Of a stretch of 51,106 nt of DNA, positions 26,674 to 36,263 are shown piece after piece. The DNA comes from Armatimonadota bacterium (lineage in GTDB: Bacteria; Sysuimicrobiota; Sysuimicrobiia; Sysuimicrobiales; Kaftiobacteriaceae). The notes under the pieces are model-generated. The model had not been told where the DNA came from. It did no database searches and saw nothing but the letters and a program-made list of their open reading frames with translations. A program made the translations under genes and the position numbers. The stretch is from assembly GCA_037440005.1 (NCBI GenBank), contig JBBIUY010000020.1, positions 1-51,106 on the forward strand, given 5' to 3'. The stretch's first letter is position 1. Each line of letters begins with the position of its first letter.

Positions 26674-29289
26674 ATGTCCGGACCGCGCGTGCACACCCTC
26701 GACAACGGCCTGACCGTCCTGATCTGGGAACAGCATACCGTGCCGGTGGTCACCCTGTGGGTGTGGTACCGGGTGGGCAGCCGCAACGAGGTGCCGGGGC
26801 TGACCGGCATCTCCCACTGGGTCGAGCACATGCTGTTCAAGGGGACACCCGCCCGCCCCCGGAGCGTCCTGACCCGGCTGGTGGACCGCCTGGGAGGCCG
26901 CTGGAACGCCTTCACCTGGAAGGACTACACCTCCTACTTTGAGGTGCTGCCCTCAGGAGACCTGGACGAGGTCGTGGCCATGGAGGCCGACCGGATGGCC
27001 CACACCCTCTTCGACCCGGACGAGGTGGAGCGCGAGCGGACCGTCATCATCTCCGAGCGGGAGGGCAGCGAGAACTTTCCGGCCTATCTGCTGCGGGAGG
27101 AGGTGGACGCGGCGGCCTACAAGGTCCACCCCTACCGCATCCCGGTCATCGGGTGGAAGGAAGATCTGCGGGCCATCACCCGGGACGACCTGGAGGCCCA
27201 CTACCGCGCCTACTACCATCCCCGCAACGCCCTGGTGGTGGTCGTGGGCGCCTGCGACGGCGACCGGACGCTGGAGAGCATCCGCCGGGCGTTTGAGCCG
27301 CTGCCGCCGGGGCCTCCTCCGCCTCCCGTGCGGGCCCGGGAACCCCGCCAGGAAGGGGAACGGCGGGTGGTCCTGCGCCGGCCGGGCGGCGCCACCGCCT
27401 ACCTGCACGTGGCGTTCCACGTGCCCGCCGCCTCCCACCCGGACTTCCCCGCGCTGCTGGTGACCGACGGGATCCTGTCCGGCTTCAAGAGCCTGGTCCC
27501 GTTCGACGCGCCGTCGGGAGGACGCAGCAGCCGGCTGTACCGGGCCCTGGTGGAGACGGGCCTGGCCAGCGAGGTCGCGTCGTCGGTCGTCCCCAGCATC
27601 GATCCGACCCTGTTCCGGATCACGGCCACGGCCCGGGCGGGCGTGGACGTGGCGGCGGTGGAGGACCGGGTAGGGCAGGAGGTCGCCCGCCTGGCCCGCG
27701 AGCCGGTGAGTCCCGACGAGCTGGCCCGGGCGAAAAAGCAGGCCCGGGCCCAGCTGGTGTACAGCCGCGACGGCGTCTCCCGGCAGGCGCTGGCCCTGGG
27801 AGCCTTCGCCCTGGTGGACACCCTCGACGCGTTTCTGACCCTGCTCGCGCGCCTGGATGCGGTGACCGCCGAGGACGTGATGCGGGTGGCCGCCACCTAC
27901 TTCACCGACCGCACCCAGACCACGGGGTGGTACGTCCCGGAGCCGGCCGCGGCGGTGGCGGCCCCCCGGGCGGCCGCGGCGGCTCCCACCGTCTTCCACC
28001 GCACCGGGCCGGAGGCGGGCGTGCAGGCGCCGCCCCTCACCCCCGAGGTGGTGACCCGCGTCGTCCTGCCCTCGGGGCTGGCGGTGCTGGTGCGGGAGGT
28101 GCCCGGGAGCGGTTCCGTGGCGGTCCACGGCCACGTGCGCGCGGGTGCGATGTTCGACGGCGACCGCCCCGGGCTGGCGCGGTTTACCGCCGCCATGCTC
28201 ATCCGGGGGACGCGGTCGTGGTCGTCCCAGGGGCTGGCGGAGCTGCTGGACGGCCTGGGGGCCGGGGTGAGCGTCCGCGCCGACCTGGAGACGGTGGTGG
28301 TGGGCCTGCGCGCCCTGGCCGAGGATCTCCCGACGGTCCTGTCGGTGCTGGGCGAGGTGCTCGTCGCCCCCACCTTTCCGGCCGACGAGGTGGAGAAGGT
28401 CCGGGGGGAACTGCTCACGGCCGTGCAGGTGAGCCTGCAGGACACCCGCCACGTCGCCGAGCGGCTGCTGCGGGAACTGCTGTACCCCGACGGGCATCCC
28501 CAGCGGCGGGTGCCCGACGGGGACGAAGAGGCGGTGGCGGCCGTCACCCGCGACGACCTGGCGGCGTTCCACCGCCGGCACTACCGGCCCGACGGCGCGG
28601 TCCTGGCGGTGGTGGGGGACTGCCGGGCGGGGGAGGTGGTGGACCTGGTGCAGCGGGCGCTGGAGGCCTGGCCGGCCGCCGGCCCGTGGCGCCCGCCGGC
28701 CACAGCGCCGGTGTCCACGTCCGGCGTGCGCCGGGCCGAGAGGCGGATGGCGGGCAAGGTGCAGTCGGACATCGCCGTGGGCGTGCCGGGGGTGGCCCGC
28801 ACGGACCCGGCCTACTACGAGACCATGGTGGCCAACCTCATCCTGGGCCAGCTGGGACTAATGGGACGCCTGGGCGAGCGCGTGCGGGAGCAGCAGGGGA
28901 TGGCCTACTACGCCTTCAGCGAGCTGCGGGCGGGCCTGCTGGCCGGCCCCTGGCTGGTCCGGGCGGGGGTCAATCCGGCCAACGAGCGGGCGGCCCTGGA
29001 GGCCATCCTGGCCGAGATCCGCACGTTCCAGCGGGACGGCCCCCGGGACGACGAGCTGGCCGACGCGCGGCAGTTTCTGATCGGGTCGCTGGCGGTGCGG
29101 CTGGAGACGCTGGCCGGCATCGCCCAACTCCTGGCCGACATGGAGTTGTTCGGGCTGGGGCTGGACTACCTGCTCCGCTACCCCCAGATCATCCGGTCCG
29201 TCGGAGCCGACGCCGTGGTGCGCGCCGCGCGGGCCTTCTCCACCGACGCCTGCGGGGTGGCCATCGCCGGCCCGCCCGTGGGGTCATGA
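26674..29289 (+). CDS. M16 (pitrilysin-family) zinc peptidase, fused two-module form
   Basis: Inverted zinc motif HWVEH, NAFT, and a second module without the motif. Confidence 0.92.
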   Translation: MSGPRVHTLDNGLTVLIWEQHTVPVVTLWVWYRVGSRNEVPGLTGISHWVEHMLFKGTPARPRSVLTRLVDRLGGRWNAFTWKDYTSYFEVLPSGDLDEVVAMEADRMAHTLFDPDEVERERTVIISEREGSENFPAYLLREEVDAAAYKVHPYRIPVIGWKEDLRAITRDDLEAHYRAYYHPRNALVVVVGACDGDRTLESIRRAFEPLPPGPPPPPVRAREPRQEGERRVVLRRPGGATAYLHVAFHVPAASHPDFPALLVTDGILSGFKSLVPFDAPSGGRSSRLYRALVETGLASEVASSVVPSIDPTLFRITATARAGVDVAAVEDRVGQEVARLAREPVSPDELARAKKQARAQLVYSRDGVSRQALALGAFALVDTLDAFLTLLARLDAVTAEDVMRVAATYFTDRTQTTGWYVPEPAAAVAAPRAAAAAPTVFHRTGPEAGVQAPPLTPEVVTRVVLPSGLAVLVREVPGSGSVAVHGHVRAGAMFDGDRPGLARFTAAMLIRGTRSWSSQGLAELLDGLGAGVSVRADLETVVVGLRALAEDLPTVLSVLGEVLVAPTFPADEVEKVRGELLTAVQVSLQDTRHVAERLLRELLYPDGHPQRRVPDGDEEAVAAVTRDDLAAFHRRHYRPDGAVLAVVGDCRAGEVVDLVQRALEAWPAAGPWRPPATAPVSTSGVRRAERRMAGKVQSDIAVGVPGVARTDPAYYETMVANLILGQLGLMGRLGERVREQQGMAYYAFSELRAGLLAGPWLVRAGVNPANERAALEAILAEIRTFQRDGPRDDELADARQFLIGSLAVRLETLAGIAQLLADMELFGLGLDYLLRYPQIIRSVGADAVVRAARAFSTDACGVAIAGPPVGS

Positions 29290-29939
29290 ACCGGCCTGTG
29301 GTGGCCCTCGTGGGCGGCACCGGCCGCCTCGGCCGCGGGCTGGCCGCCCGGTGGGCCCGGGCAGGAGTTCCGGTCCGCATCGGGTCGCGGGACCCGGCCC
29401 GGGCTCGGGAGGCGGCCCGGGCGGCGGGGCTGCCGGAGACGGCGGGCGCAGACAACCGGGAGGCGGCGGCCGGGGCGGAGGTGGTGGTGCTGACGGTCCC
29501 GTTCGCCGCCCACCGGCAGACCCTCCAGGCGCTGGCCGACGTCCTGGCCGGCAAGATCCTGCTGGACACGACCGTCCCCCTGGTGGACTCCCGGGAACTG
29601 GCCCACCCCCCGGCCGGCTCGGCCGCCCAGGAGGCCCAGGCCCTCGTGCCTCGGGCCCGGGTGGTGGCCGCTTTCCACACGGTCAGTTCCCACCTGCTGG
29701 CCGACCGGGACAGGCCGCTGCGGGGGGACGTGCTCGTGTGCGGCAACGATCCCGACGCCAAGGCGGTGGTGGAGGATCTGGTCCGCGCCCTGGGCGCCCG
29801 GCCGGTGGACGCCGGCGGGCTGTCTTCCGCCCGGGCGCTGGAGATGCTGGCCGTGTTGCTGCTGCAGATGAACCGGCGGTACCGCCGCCGCGACCTGGGC
29901 GTGCGGATCGTGGGACTGCACGAGGACGGCGACGGGTGA
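29286..29939 (+). CDS. npdG: NADPH-dependent F420 reductase
   Basis: GGTGRLG, IGSRD, DTTVPL, GSAAQE, VVAAFHTV and VDAGGL; adjacent to cofE. Confidence 0.85.
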   Translation: MNRPVVALVGGTGRLGRGLAARWARAGVPVRIGSRDPARAREAARAAGLPETAGADNREAAAGAEVVVLTVPFAAHRQTLQALADVLAGKILLDTTVPLVDSRELAHPPAGSAAQEAQALVPRARVVAAFHTVSSHLLADRDRPLRGDVLVCGNDPDAKAVVEDLVRALGARPVDAGGLSSARALEMLAVLLLQMNRRYRRRDLGVRIVGLHEDGDG

Positions 29940-29945
29940 CCCCGG

Positions 29946-30704
29946 ATGGGTACCCTGACGGCGTGGGCCCCTGAAGGGTTCCCCGACGTCCGCCCCGGCA
30001 TGGACCTGCCGGGGCTGGTGGTGGAGGCGCTGCGCGCCCACGGCCTGCCGCCCCGGGACGGCGACGTGGTGGTGGTGGCCCAGAAGGTGGTCAGCAAGGC
30101 CGAGGGCAGCGTGGTCAATCTGGAGGAGGTCTCCCCCACTCCCCGGGCCCGGACGCTGGCGGCGGTGGCCCGCAAGGACCCGCGGCTGTGCCAGGTGATC
30201 CTCGACGAGTCCCGGGCGGTGCTGCGGGTGCGGCCGGGCCTGATCATCTGCGAGCACCGCCTGGGCTACATCTGCGCCAACGCCGGGGTGGACCACAGCA
30301 ACGTGGGGCTGGGCCCCCAATGGGTGACCACGCTGCCCCGGGACCCCGACGCGTCGGCGGCGGCCATCCGCCAGGCGGTGGCCCGCGGGTTCGGGGCGTC
30401 GGTGGGGGTGGTGGTCAACGACACCCACGGCCGCGCCTTCCGGGAAGGGGCGGTGGGGGTGGCCATCGGCGTCGCGGGGCTGGAGCCCCTGTACAGTTAC
30501 GTGGGCGTGGAGGACCGCTACGGCTACATCCTGCAGACGTCGGTGGAGGCGGTGGCCGACGAACTGGCCGGCGTGGCCAGCCTGCTGCAGGGACAGGCGG
30601 CCGAGGGGACGCCGGTGGTGCTGATCCGCGGGGCCCGGGTGCGGGCCGGCGCGGGCTCCGCCGCCCGCCTGGTGCGGCCGGCGGAGCGGGACCTCTTCCG
30701 GTGA
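29946..30704 (+). CDS. cofE: coenzyme F420-0:L-glutamate ligase
   Basis: QKVVSKAEG, ANAGVDHSN, LPRDPDASA, DTHGRAFREG and VADELA. Confidence 0.92.
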   Translation: MGTLTAWAPEGFPDVRPGMDLPGLVVEALRAHGLPPRDGDVVVVAQKVVSKAEGSVVNLEEVSPTPRARTLAAVARKDPRLCQVILDESRAVLRVRPGLIICEHRLGYICANAGVDHSNVGLGPQWVTTLPRDPDASAAAIRQAVARGFGASVGVVVNDTHGRAFREGAVGVAIGVAGLEPLYSYVGVEDRYGYILQTSVEAVADELAGVASLLQGQAAEGTPVVLIRGARVRAGAGSAARLVRPAERDLFR

Positions 30705-30721
30705 CGGCGGGGTGAGCGCTG

Positions 30722-31846
30722 ATGCGGATTCACAGCGTCCGGTGCCGCATGTTGCAGGCGACGCTGCCGACCCCTCTGCAGTTCGGGATCGGCGCGTTTC
30801 CCACCTTCGCGGCCACGCTGGTGGAGGTGCGCACCGACGACGGGCTGGCGGGGGTGGGCGAGTGCATCGTGCGCCGCGCTCCCCAGGTGACCCGGGCCGT
30901 GGTCGAGCACCTGCTGGCGCCGCTGCTGGTGGGCCGGGACCCGCAGGACGCCGAGGGCCTGTGGGACGAGATGTTCCGGCAGCTGCGGGGGTGGGGACAC
31001 TACCGCGGGTTTGTCCTGGAGGCCATGAGCGGGGTGGACATCGCCCTGTACGACCTCCTGGGCAAGGCCGCCGGGCTGCCGGTGTACAAGGTGCTGCAGG
31101 GAGCGGGGCGGGAGAGGGTGCCCTGCTACGCGTCGTCGGTGTACTTCGCCGACATCGACCAGATGGCGGCCCAGGCGGCCCAGCAGGTGGCCGCGGGCCA
31201 CACCGCCATCAAGGTCAAGATCGGCCGTCCCCCCGAGCTGGGAGGGCGCCGGGCGGACGTGGAGTCGGTGCGGGCGATCCGGGAGGCGGTGGGGCCCCGG
31301 GTGGACATCATGGTGGACGTCAACGGCGCCTACGACGCGGCCACGGCCATCGCCGTCGGCCGGCGGCTGGAAGAGCTGGACATCACCTGGATCGAGGAAC
31401 CGGTGCCCGCCGACGACCTGGACGGCTACGCCCGGGTGCGGGCCGGCCAGCCGATCCCGGTGGCGGCGGGCGAGAGCGAGTTCGGGGTGTTCGGGTTCCG
31501 CGAGCTGATCCGCCGCGGCGCCGTGGACATCCTGCAGCCCGACGTGGCCCGGGTGGGCGGTTTCACCGCCGCCCGCCGGGTGGGGGCGCTGGCCCACGCC
31601 CACAACCTGCGCTACGCCCCCCACACGGGGTTCTCGGCCGGCATCTCCCACCTGGCCGCCCTCCACGTGGCCGCCAGCGTGCCCAACCTGATGACCTACG
31701 AGTACTTCTTCGCCCCCAACCCCCTGCGGGATCTGTTCACCGAGCCCTTCCCCCTCCCCCGGGACGGGATGATCGACGTCCCCCAGCGGCCGGGACTGGG
31801 ATTGGACCTGGACCCGGAGGTGGTGGGAAGGTTTGAAGTAAGATAA
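30722..31846 (+). CDS. mandelate racemase/muconate lactonizing enzyme family protein (probable acid-sugar dehydratase)
   Basis: SGVDIALYD, KVKIG, MVDVN, WIEEP, GESE, QPD and APH. Confidence 0.9.
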   Translation: MRIHSVRCRMLQATLPTPLQFGIGAFPTFAATLVEVRTDDGLAGVGECIVRRAPQVTRAVVEHLLAPLLVGRDPQDAEGLWDEMFRQLRGWGHYRGFVLEAMSGVDIALYDLLGKAAGLPVYKVLQGAGRERVPCYASSVYFADIDQMAAQAAQQVAAGHTAIKVKIGRPPELGGRRADVESVRAIREAVGPRVDIMVDVNGAYDAATAIAVGRRLEELDITWIEEPVPADDLDGYARVRAGQPIPVAAGESEFGVFGFRELIRRGAVDILQPDVARVGGFTAARRVGALAHAHNLRYAPHTGFSAGISHLAALHVAASVPNLMTYEYFFAPNPLRDLFTEPFPLPRDGMIDVPQRPGLGLDLDPEVVGRFEVR

Positions 31847-31848
31847 AA

Positions 31849-31893
31849 GACGGGAACGCGGGAACGCGAAGCGCGGGAACGCGGCGCCCCGTC
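31849..31893 (+). repeat. degenerate CGGGAACG repeats enclosed by GACGGG...CCCGTC
   Basis: Three CGGGAACG copies plus a degenerate one in a 57-bp intergenic gap. Confidence 0.55.
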
Positions 31894-31903
31894 CTGTTGG
31901 GCT

Positions 31904-32875
31904 ATGCCGGCCAACCTCACCCCCGAATACCTGGAGGCCGAAAGCCGCTACCGGGCGGCCGCCACGCCCGAAGACAAGCTGGCGGCCCTGGAGCAGATGC
32001 TGGCCACCATTCCCAAACACAAGGGCACCGAGAAGATGCAGGCCGACATCAAGCGGCGCATCGCCAAGCTGCGGTCGCAGATGCAGCAGCGCCGCCCGGC
32101 CGCCCGGAGCCGTCCCCTCTACCACGTCGAGCGGGAGGGGGCCGGCCAGGTGGTGCTGGTGGGCCCTCCCAACGCCGGCAAGTCCACCCTGCTGCGGGCG
32201 CTGACCAACGCGTCGCCCGAGGTGGCTCCCTACCCGTTCACCACCCGGGTCCCGCTGCCGGGGATGATGACCTTCGAGAACGTCCAGGTGCAGCTGGTGG
32301 ACCTGCCGGCGGTCAGCGTGGAGTTCGACGTGGGGTGGCTGTACGGGATCATCCGCTCGGCCGACGCCGCCGCCCTGGTGGTGGACCTCGGCACCGACGA
32401 GGTGCTGACCCAGATCGACCAGGTCCGGGAGCTGCTGGCCCGGGCGCGGCTGCGGCTGGTCCGCGAGCCCCGCCAGCCCGGCGAGCTGCGGGCTCTGGTG
32501 GCGGCCAACAAGCTGGACGCCCCCGGGGCGGCTTCCCGCCTGGCCTTGGTGGAGGAGCTCCTGGAGGGCGCCTTGCCAGTGATTCCGGTCTCGGCGGAGC
32601 AGGGGACGGGGCTGGAGACCCTGCGGCGGGCGCTGTTCGACCTGCTGGGCGTGATCCGGGTGTACAGCAAGCCGCCGGGACGCAAGGCGGACACCAGCGC
32701 GCCGTTCATCCTCCGGCGGGGGGCCACGGTCCTGGACGCCGCCCGGGCGATTCACAAGGACCTGGCGGAGCGCCTGCGGTACGCCCGGCTGTGGGGGCGC
32801 AACGAGTTCTCCGGGCAGATGGTGAGCCGCCACCACGTGCTGGAAGACGGCGACATCATCGAGATCCACGCCTAG
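31904..32875 (+). CDS. DRG/Obg-like GTPase with C-terminal TGS domain
   Basis: MPANLTPEY, PKHKGTE, GPPNAGKS, YPFTT, NKLD and IHKD...HVLEDGDIIEIH. Confidence 0.88.
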   Translation: MPANLTPEYLEAESRYRAAATPEDKLAALEQMLATIPKHKGTEKMQADIKRRIAKLRSQMQQRRPAARSRPLYHVEREGAGQVVLVGPPNAGKSTLLRALTNASPEVAPYPFTTRVPLPGMMTFENVQVQLVDLPAVSVEFDVGWLYGIIRSADAAALVVDLGTDEVLTQIDQVRELLARARLRLVREPRQPGELRALVAANKLDAPGAASRLALVEELLEGALPVIPVSAEQGTGLETLRRALFDLLGVIRVYSKPPGRKADTSAPFILRRGATVLDAARAIHKDLAERLRYARLWGRNEFSGQMVSRHHVLEDGDIIEIHA

Positions 32876-32897
32876 AGGGGGCGGAGGGGGGAGGACG

Positions 32898-33557
32898 ATG
32901 AAGCTGACCTACTACGGGCACGCCACGTTTGTGCTGGAGTCCGACGGCACCACCATTCTCATCGACCCGTTCAACGAGCAGGTGGGCTATCCGTTTCCCG
33001 ACGTGCGGCCCACGGCCGTGACGGTGTCCCACGAGCACTTCGACCACAACCACGTCCAGGTGGCCAAGGGGTCCCCCCGGATCATCCGGGGGCTGCGGGA
33101 CGGCGGGAAGGACTGGGCCCAGGTGGCCGAGCAGGTGGGGCCCGTGCGGATCAGCACCGTGCCCTGCTACCACGACACCGCCAGCGGGTCCGAGCGGGGG
33201 AAGAACGCCATCTTCGTCTTCGAGGCCGAAGGGTTGCGGGTGGTGCACGTGGGCGACCTGGGCCACGTACTCACCCCCCAGCAGGTGTCGGCGGTGGGGC
33301 GGCCCGACGCCCTGATGATCCCGGTGGGGGGCTACTACACCATCGGCCCCGCCGAGGCCGACACGGTCATCGGCCAGCTGGCTCCCCGGGTCGTCATCCC
33401 CATGCACTACAAGACCGCCGTCAACCGGGACTGGCCGATCGCCACCCTGGACGACTTCCTGCGGGGCAAGGCCCGGGTGCGCCAGGTGGGCCACACCGCC
33501 ACCCTGACCCCTCAGGTGCTGCCGGCCGAGCAGGAGATCTGGGTGATGCAGCCCTGA
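32898..33557 (+). CDS. metallo-beta-lactamase-fold hydrolase
   Basis: GHATF, IDPF, SHEHFDH, HVGDLGH and IPMHY. Confidence 0.9.
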   Translation: MKLTYYGHATFVLESDGTTILIDPFNEQVGYPFPDVRPTAVTVSHEHFDHNHVQVAKGSPRIIRGLRDGGKDWAQVAEQVGPVRISTVPCYHDTASGSERGKNAIFVFEAEGLRVVHVGDLGHVLTPQQVSAVGRPDALMIPVGGYYTIGPAEADTVIGQLAPRVVIPMHYKTAVNRDWPIATLDDFLRGKARVRQVGHTATLTPQVLPAEQEIWVMQP

Positions 33558-33570
33558 CCCCCTACAGGGG

Positions 33571-33626
33571 CGTGGGGGCGTTGGAGCGTTGGACCGTTGG
33601 AGCGTTGGAACGGTGCAGCGGTGACG
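33571..33626 (+). repeat. octamer tandem repeat CGTTGGA(G/C/A) at a convergent gene junction
   Basis: Four near-exact units (33579-33610) flanked by degenerate in-phase units. Confidence 0.8.
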
Positions 33627-33645
33627 CCGTAGCGGGTGCGGGCGG

Positions 33646-35130
33646 TTACCCGTCGGCGAGGTAGTGCAGCAGCGTGCGCACGCCGTAGCCGGTGGCGCCT
33701 TTGGGCAGGTAGGGACCCGTGCCCTCGTCCTTGTCCAGGAAGGCGGTGGGCGCGATGTCCAGGTGGGCCCACGGTCGCCCGCCCACGAACTCCCGCAGGA
33801 AGATGGCCCCCTTCTGCGCTCCCCCGTAGCGCGAGCCGGAGTTGCGCAGGTCGGCCACGGGACTGCGCATGTCCTCCAGGTACTCCTCGTACAGCGGCAG
33901 CTGCCACAGCCTCTCCCCGGCCCGGGCGGCCGCCGCCAGCAGGCGGTCCACCAGCGCCTGGTCGTTGCCCATGACCGCCGCCGCCAGGTACCCCAGGGCC
34001 ACCATGGCGGAGCCGGTGAGGGTGGCCAGGTCGATGATCTCGTCGGGCTGCTGCCGCCCGGCGTAGGCCAGGGCGTCGGCCAGGATGAGCCGGCCCTCGG
34101 CGTCGGTGTTGGTGATTTCGATGGTGGTGCCGGTGCTGGCCCGCACGATGTCGCCGGGCTTGACGGCCCGGCCGCCCGGTAGGTTCTCCACGGCGGGCAC
34201 CACGCCCACCACCCGCACGGCGGGCTGCAGGGCCGGCAGGGCCTGCAGGACGGCGATCACCGCCGCCCCGCCGGCCATGTCGGCCTTCATCCACTCCAGG
34301 TCCTGGTGCTTGAGGTTGAGGCCCCCGCTGTCGAAGCAGACGCCCTTGCCCACCAGGGCCACGGTGCGGCGGGGATCGGGCGGCGCGTACTCCAGCACGA
34401 TCAGGCGGGCGGGGTGGTCGCTCCCGGCCGCCACGGCCAGCAGGGCGTTCATGCCCAGCTGCTGCATCTGCGCGGGGTCCAGGATGGTGCACCGCAGTCC
34501 GGCCCGCGCCGCCGCCTGCGCGGCCACCTCCGCCAGCGCGGGCGGGGGGAGCACGCTGGCCGGCTCGTTGGTCAGGTCCCGGGCGAAGACGGTGGCCTCG
34601 GCGAAGATCCGGCCGCGGGCGGCGCCCGCCTGCAGAGAGTCCCGACGGGAGGAGTCGGCGGCCAGCAGCGTGAGGCGGTCCACCCGCCCGCCGTCGTCCC
34701 GACGGTAGCGGCCGAACCGGTACGCGCCCAGCAGGGCGCCCTCCACCAGCGCCTGCCCGACCGCCGCATCGGACAGGCCGGGTGTCCCGTCGTCCGCCAG
34801 CGCCACGTGCGCGGCGTGGACCTGGGCCGCCCGGCGGACGACGGCCGCCGCCGCCTGCCGGACGGTCTCCGCGCTGACCGCCTCGGCTGTCCCCATCCCG
34901 ACGGCGATGACCCGGCGGGCGGGGATGCGTCCGTGGGTGTGCAGGACGACGGTGGCGGCGCGGGTGGCCGCAAACTTCTCCTCGGCCAGGGCGGCCGCCA
35001 GCGCGCCCCCCAGGGCGGCGTCCACCCGGGCGGCCGACCCGCGCAGGCCGGTCTGGCCCGCGTACACGGCGACCCCCACGGCGTCGCAGGGGAAGGCCTC
35101 GGCGGCGCCCACGGTCACGGTCAGCTCCAC
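33646..35130 (-). CDS. pepA: leucyl aminopeptidase (M17)
   Basis: GKGVCFDSGG, MKADMAG, NTDAEGRL, ATLTG and WAHLDIA. Confidence 0.94.
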   Translation of the reverse strand: MELTVTVGAAEAFPCDAVGVAVYAGQTGLRGSAARVDAALGGALAAALAEEKFAATRAATVVLHTHGRIPARRVIAVGMGTAEAVSAETVRQAAAAVVRRAAQVHAAHVALADDGTPGLSDAAVGQALVEGALLGAYRFGRYRRDDGGRVDRLTLLAADSSRRDSLQAGAARGRIFAEATVFARDLTNEPASVLPPPALAEVAAQAAARAGLRCTILDPAQMQQLGMNALLAVAAGSDHPARLIVLEYAPPDPRRTVALVGKGVCFDSGGLNLKHQDLEWMKADMAGGAAVIAVLQALPALQPAVRVVGVVPAVENLPGGRAVKPGDIVRASTGTTIEITNTDAEGRLILADALAYAGRQQPDEIIDLATLTGSAMVALGYLAAAVMGNDQALVDRLLAAAARAGERLWQLPLYEEYLEDMRSPVADLRNSGSRYGGAQKGAIFLREFVGGRPWAHLDIAPTAFLDKDEGTGPYLPKGATGYGVRTLLHYLADG

Positions 35131-35158
35131 CCGCGTCCTCCTCTCCCGGCGGGAGCCC

Positions 35159-36139
35159 TCAGGGGTCGCCGGCCGGCATCGGCGGGCGGGAGAGGATCTC
35201 CCCCACTCCCAGCTCCAGCGCCCGCTCGTACGCCACCTTCATGGCGGCCACGTCCTCCAGGGCGATCCCCTGGGATTCGAACAGCGTCACCTCGTCCGGC
35301 GAGACCCGTCCCGGCGCGCGCCCCGCGACGATGTGCGCCAGCTCCACCACCGCCTCCCATCCCACCGCCCCGGCGGCCACGGCCGCGATGAGGTCGCCGG
35401 ACTCCTGGCGCGCCTGCTCCAGGTCGTCCACGGCGATCCGGTGGCAGCGGGCCACGGCCGGGACGTCCAGTTCCTGCTTGTGGGCCCAGTTGGACCCGAT
35501 GGCGTTGACGTGCATGCCGGGCTGCAGCCACTCGCCCCGCAGGACCGGTTCCCGGGCGGTGGTGGCGGTCACCACGATGTCCACGCCGTCCACCGCCTCC
35601 CGGGCGGAGTCGACGGGCACCACCTCGGCGCCCAGCTCCTGCACCATCTCCTCGGCGAACTGCTCCCGGCGCGCGGCCGTCCGGCTGTAACACTTGATCA
35701 GGGCCACCGGCCGCACGCGGCTGATGGCGGTCACCTGGCCGCGGGCCTGCCACCCGGTCCCGATGACGCCCACCGAGCCGGCGTCGGGCCGGGCCATGTG
35801 GCGGGTGGCCACGGCGCTGGCCGCTCCGGTGCGCATCTGTCCCAGCCGGTTGGCCTCCATCAGCGCCAGCAGCTCGCCGGTGTCGGTGCTGTACAGCAGG
35901 CCCACAAAGCGCGTGCCCGAGGGGGCGCTGGTGTACGCCTTCAGGCCCATCACCCCCAGGGGCGGCAGGGCGGCCGACATGACGTGCAGGACCGAGCCCT
36001 CGGGATTGTGGACCCGCCGCCGGGGGCGGTTGAGGGCGCGTCCCTGCCCCAGGAGCAGGAACGCCTCCTCCACGGCGGCGATGACCCGGTCCATCTCCAG
36101 GACCCGGGCGATATCGCTCTCCCGCAAAAACAGCGGCAT
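35159..36139 (-). CDS. ornithine cyclodeaminase / mu-crystallin family protein
   Basis: GLKAY, MRTGAAS, IGTGWQA, HVNAIGSN and FESQGIALED. Confidence 0.9.
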   Translation of the reverse strand: MPLFLRESDIARVLEMDRVIAAVEEAFLLLGQGRALNRPRRRVHNPEGSVLHVMSAALPPLGVMGLKAYTSAPSGTRFVGLLYSTDTGELLALMEANRLGQMRTGAASAVATRHMARPDAGSVGVIGTGWQARGQVTAISRVRPVALIKCYSRTAARREQFAEEMVQELGAEVVPVDSAREAVDGVDIVVTATTAREPVLRGEWLQPGMHVNAIGSNWAHKQELDVPAVARCHRIAVDDLEQARQESGDLIAAVAAGAVGWEAVVELAHIVAGRAPGRVSPDEVTLFESQGIALEDVAAMKVAYERALELGVGEILSRPPMPAGDP

Positions 36140-36263
36140 GGCGCCCACACCATTTCGCCGTCGGCGGGCGTTCTTCCCGCGCCCGGGCCACCGCCGGGGG
36201 CCCGGGACGTGGAGGCGGACCGGGCGGCCGGCGCGGCGAACTCGGGGAGGGGAGGGTCCTGCG

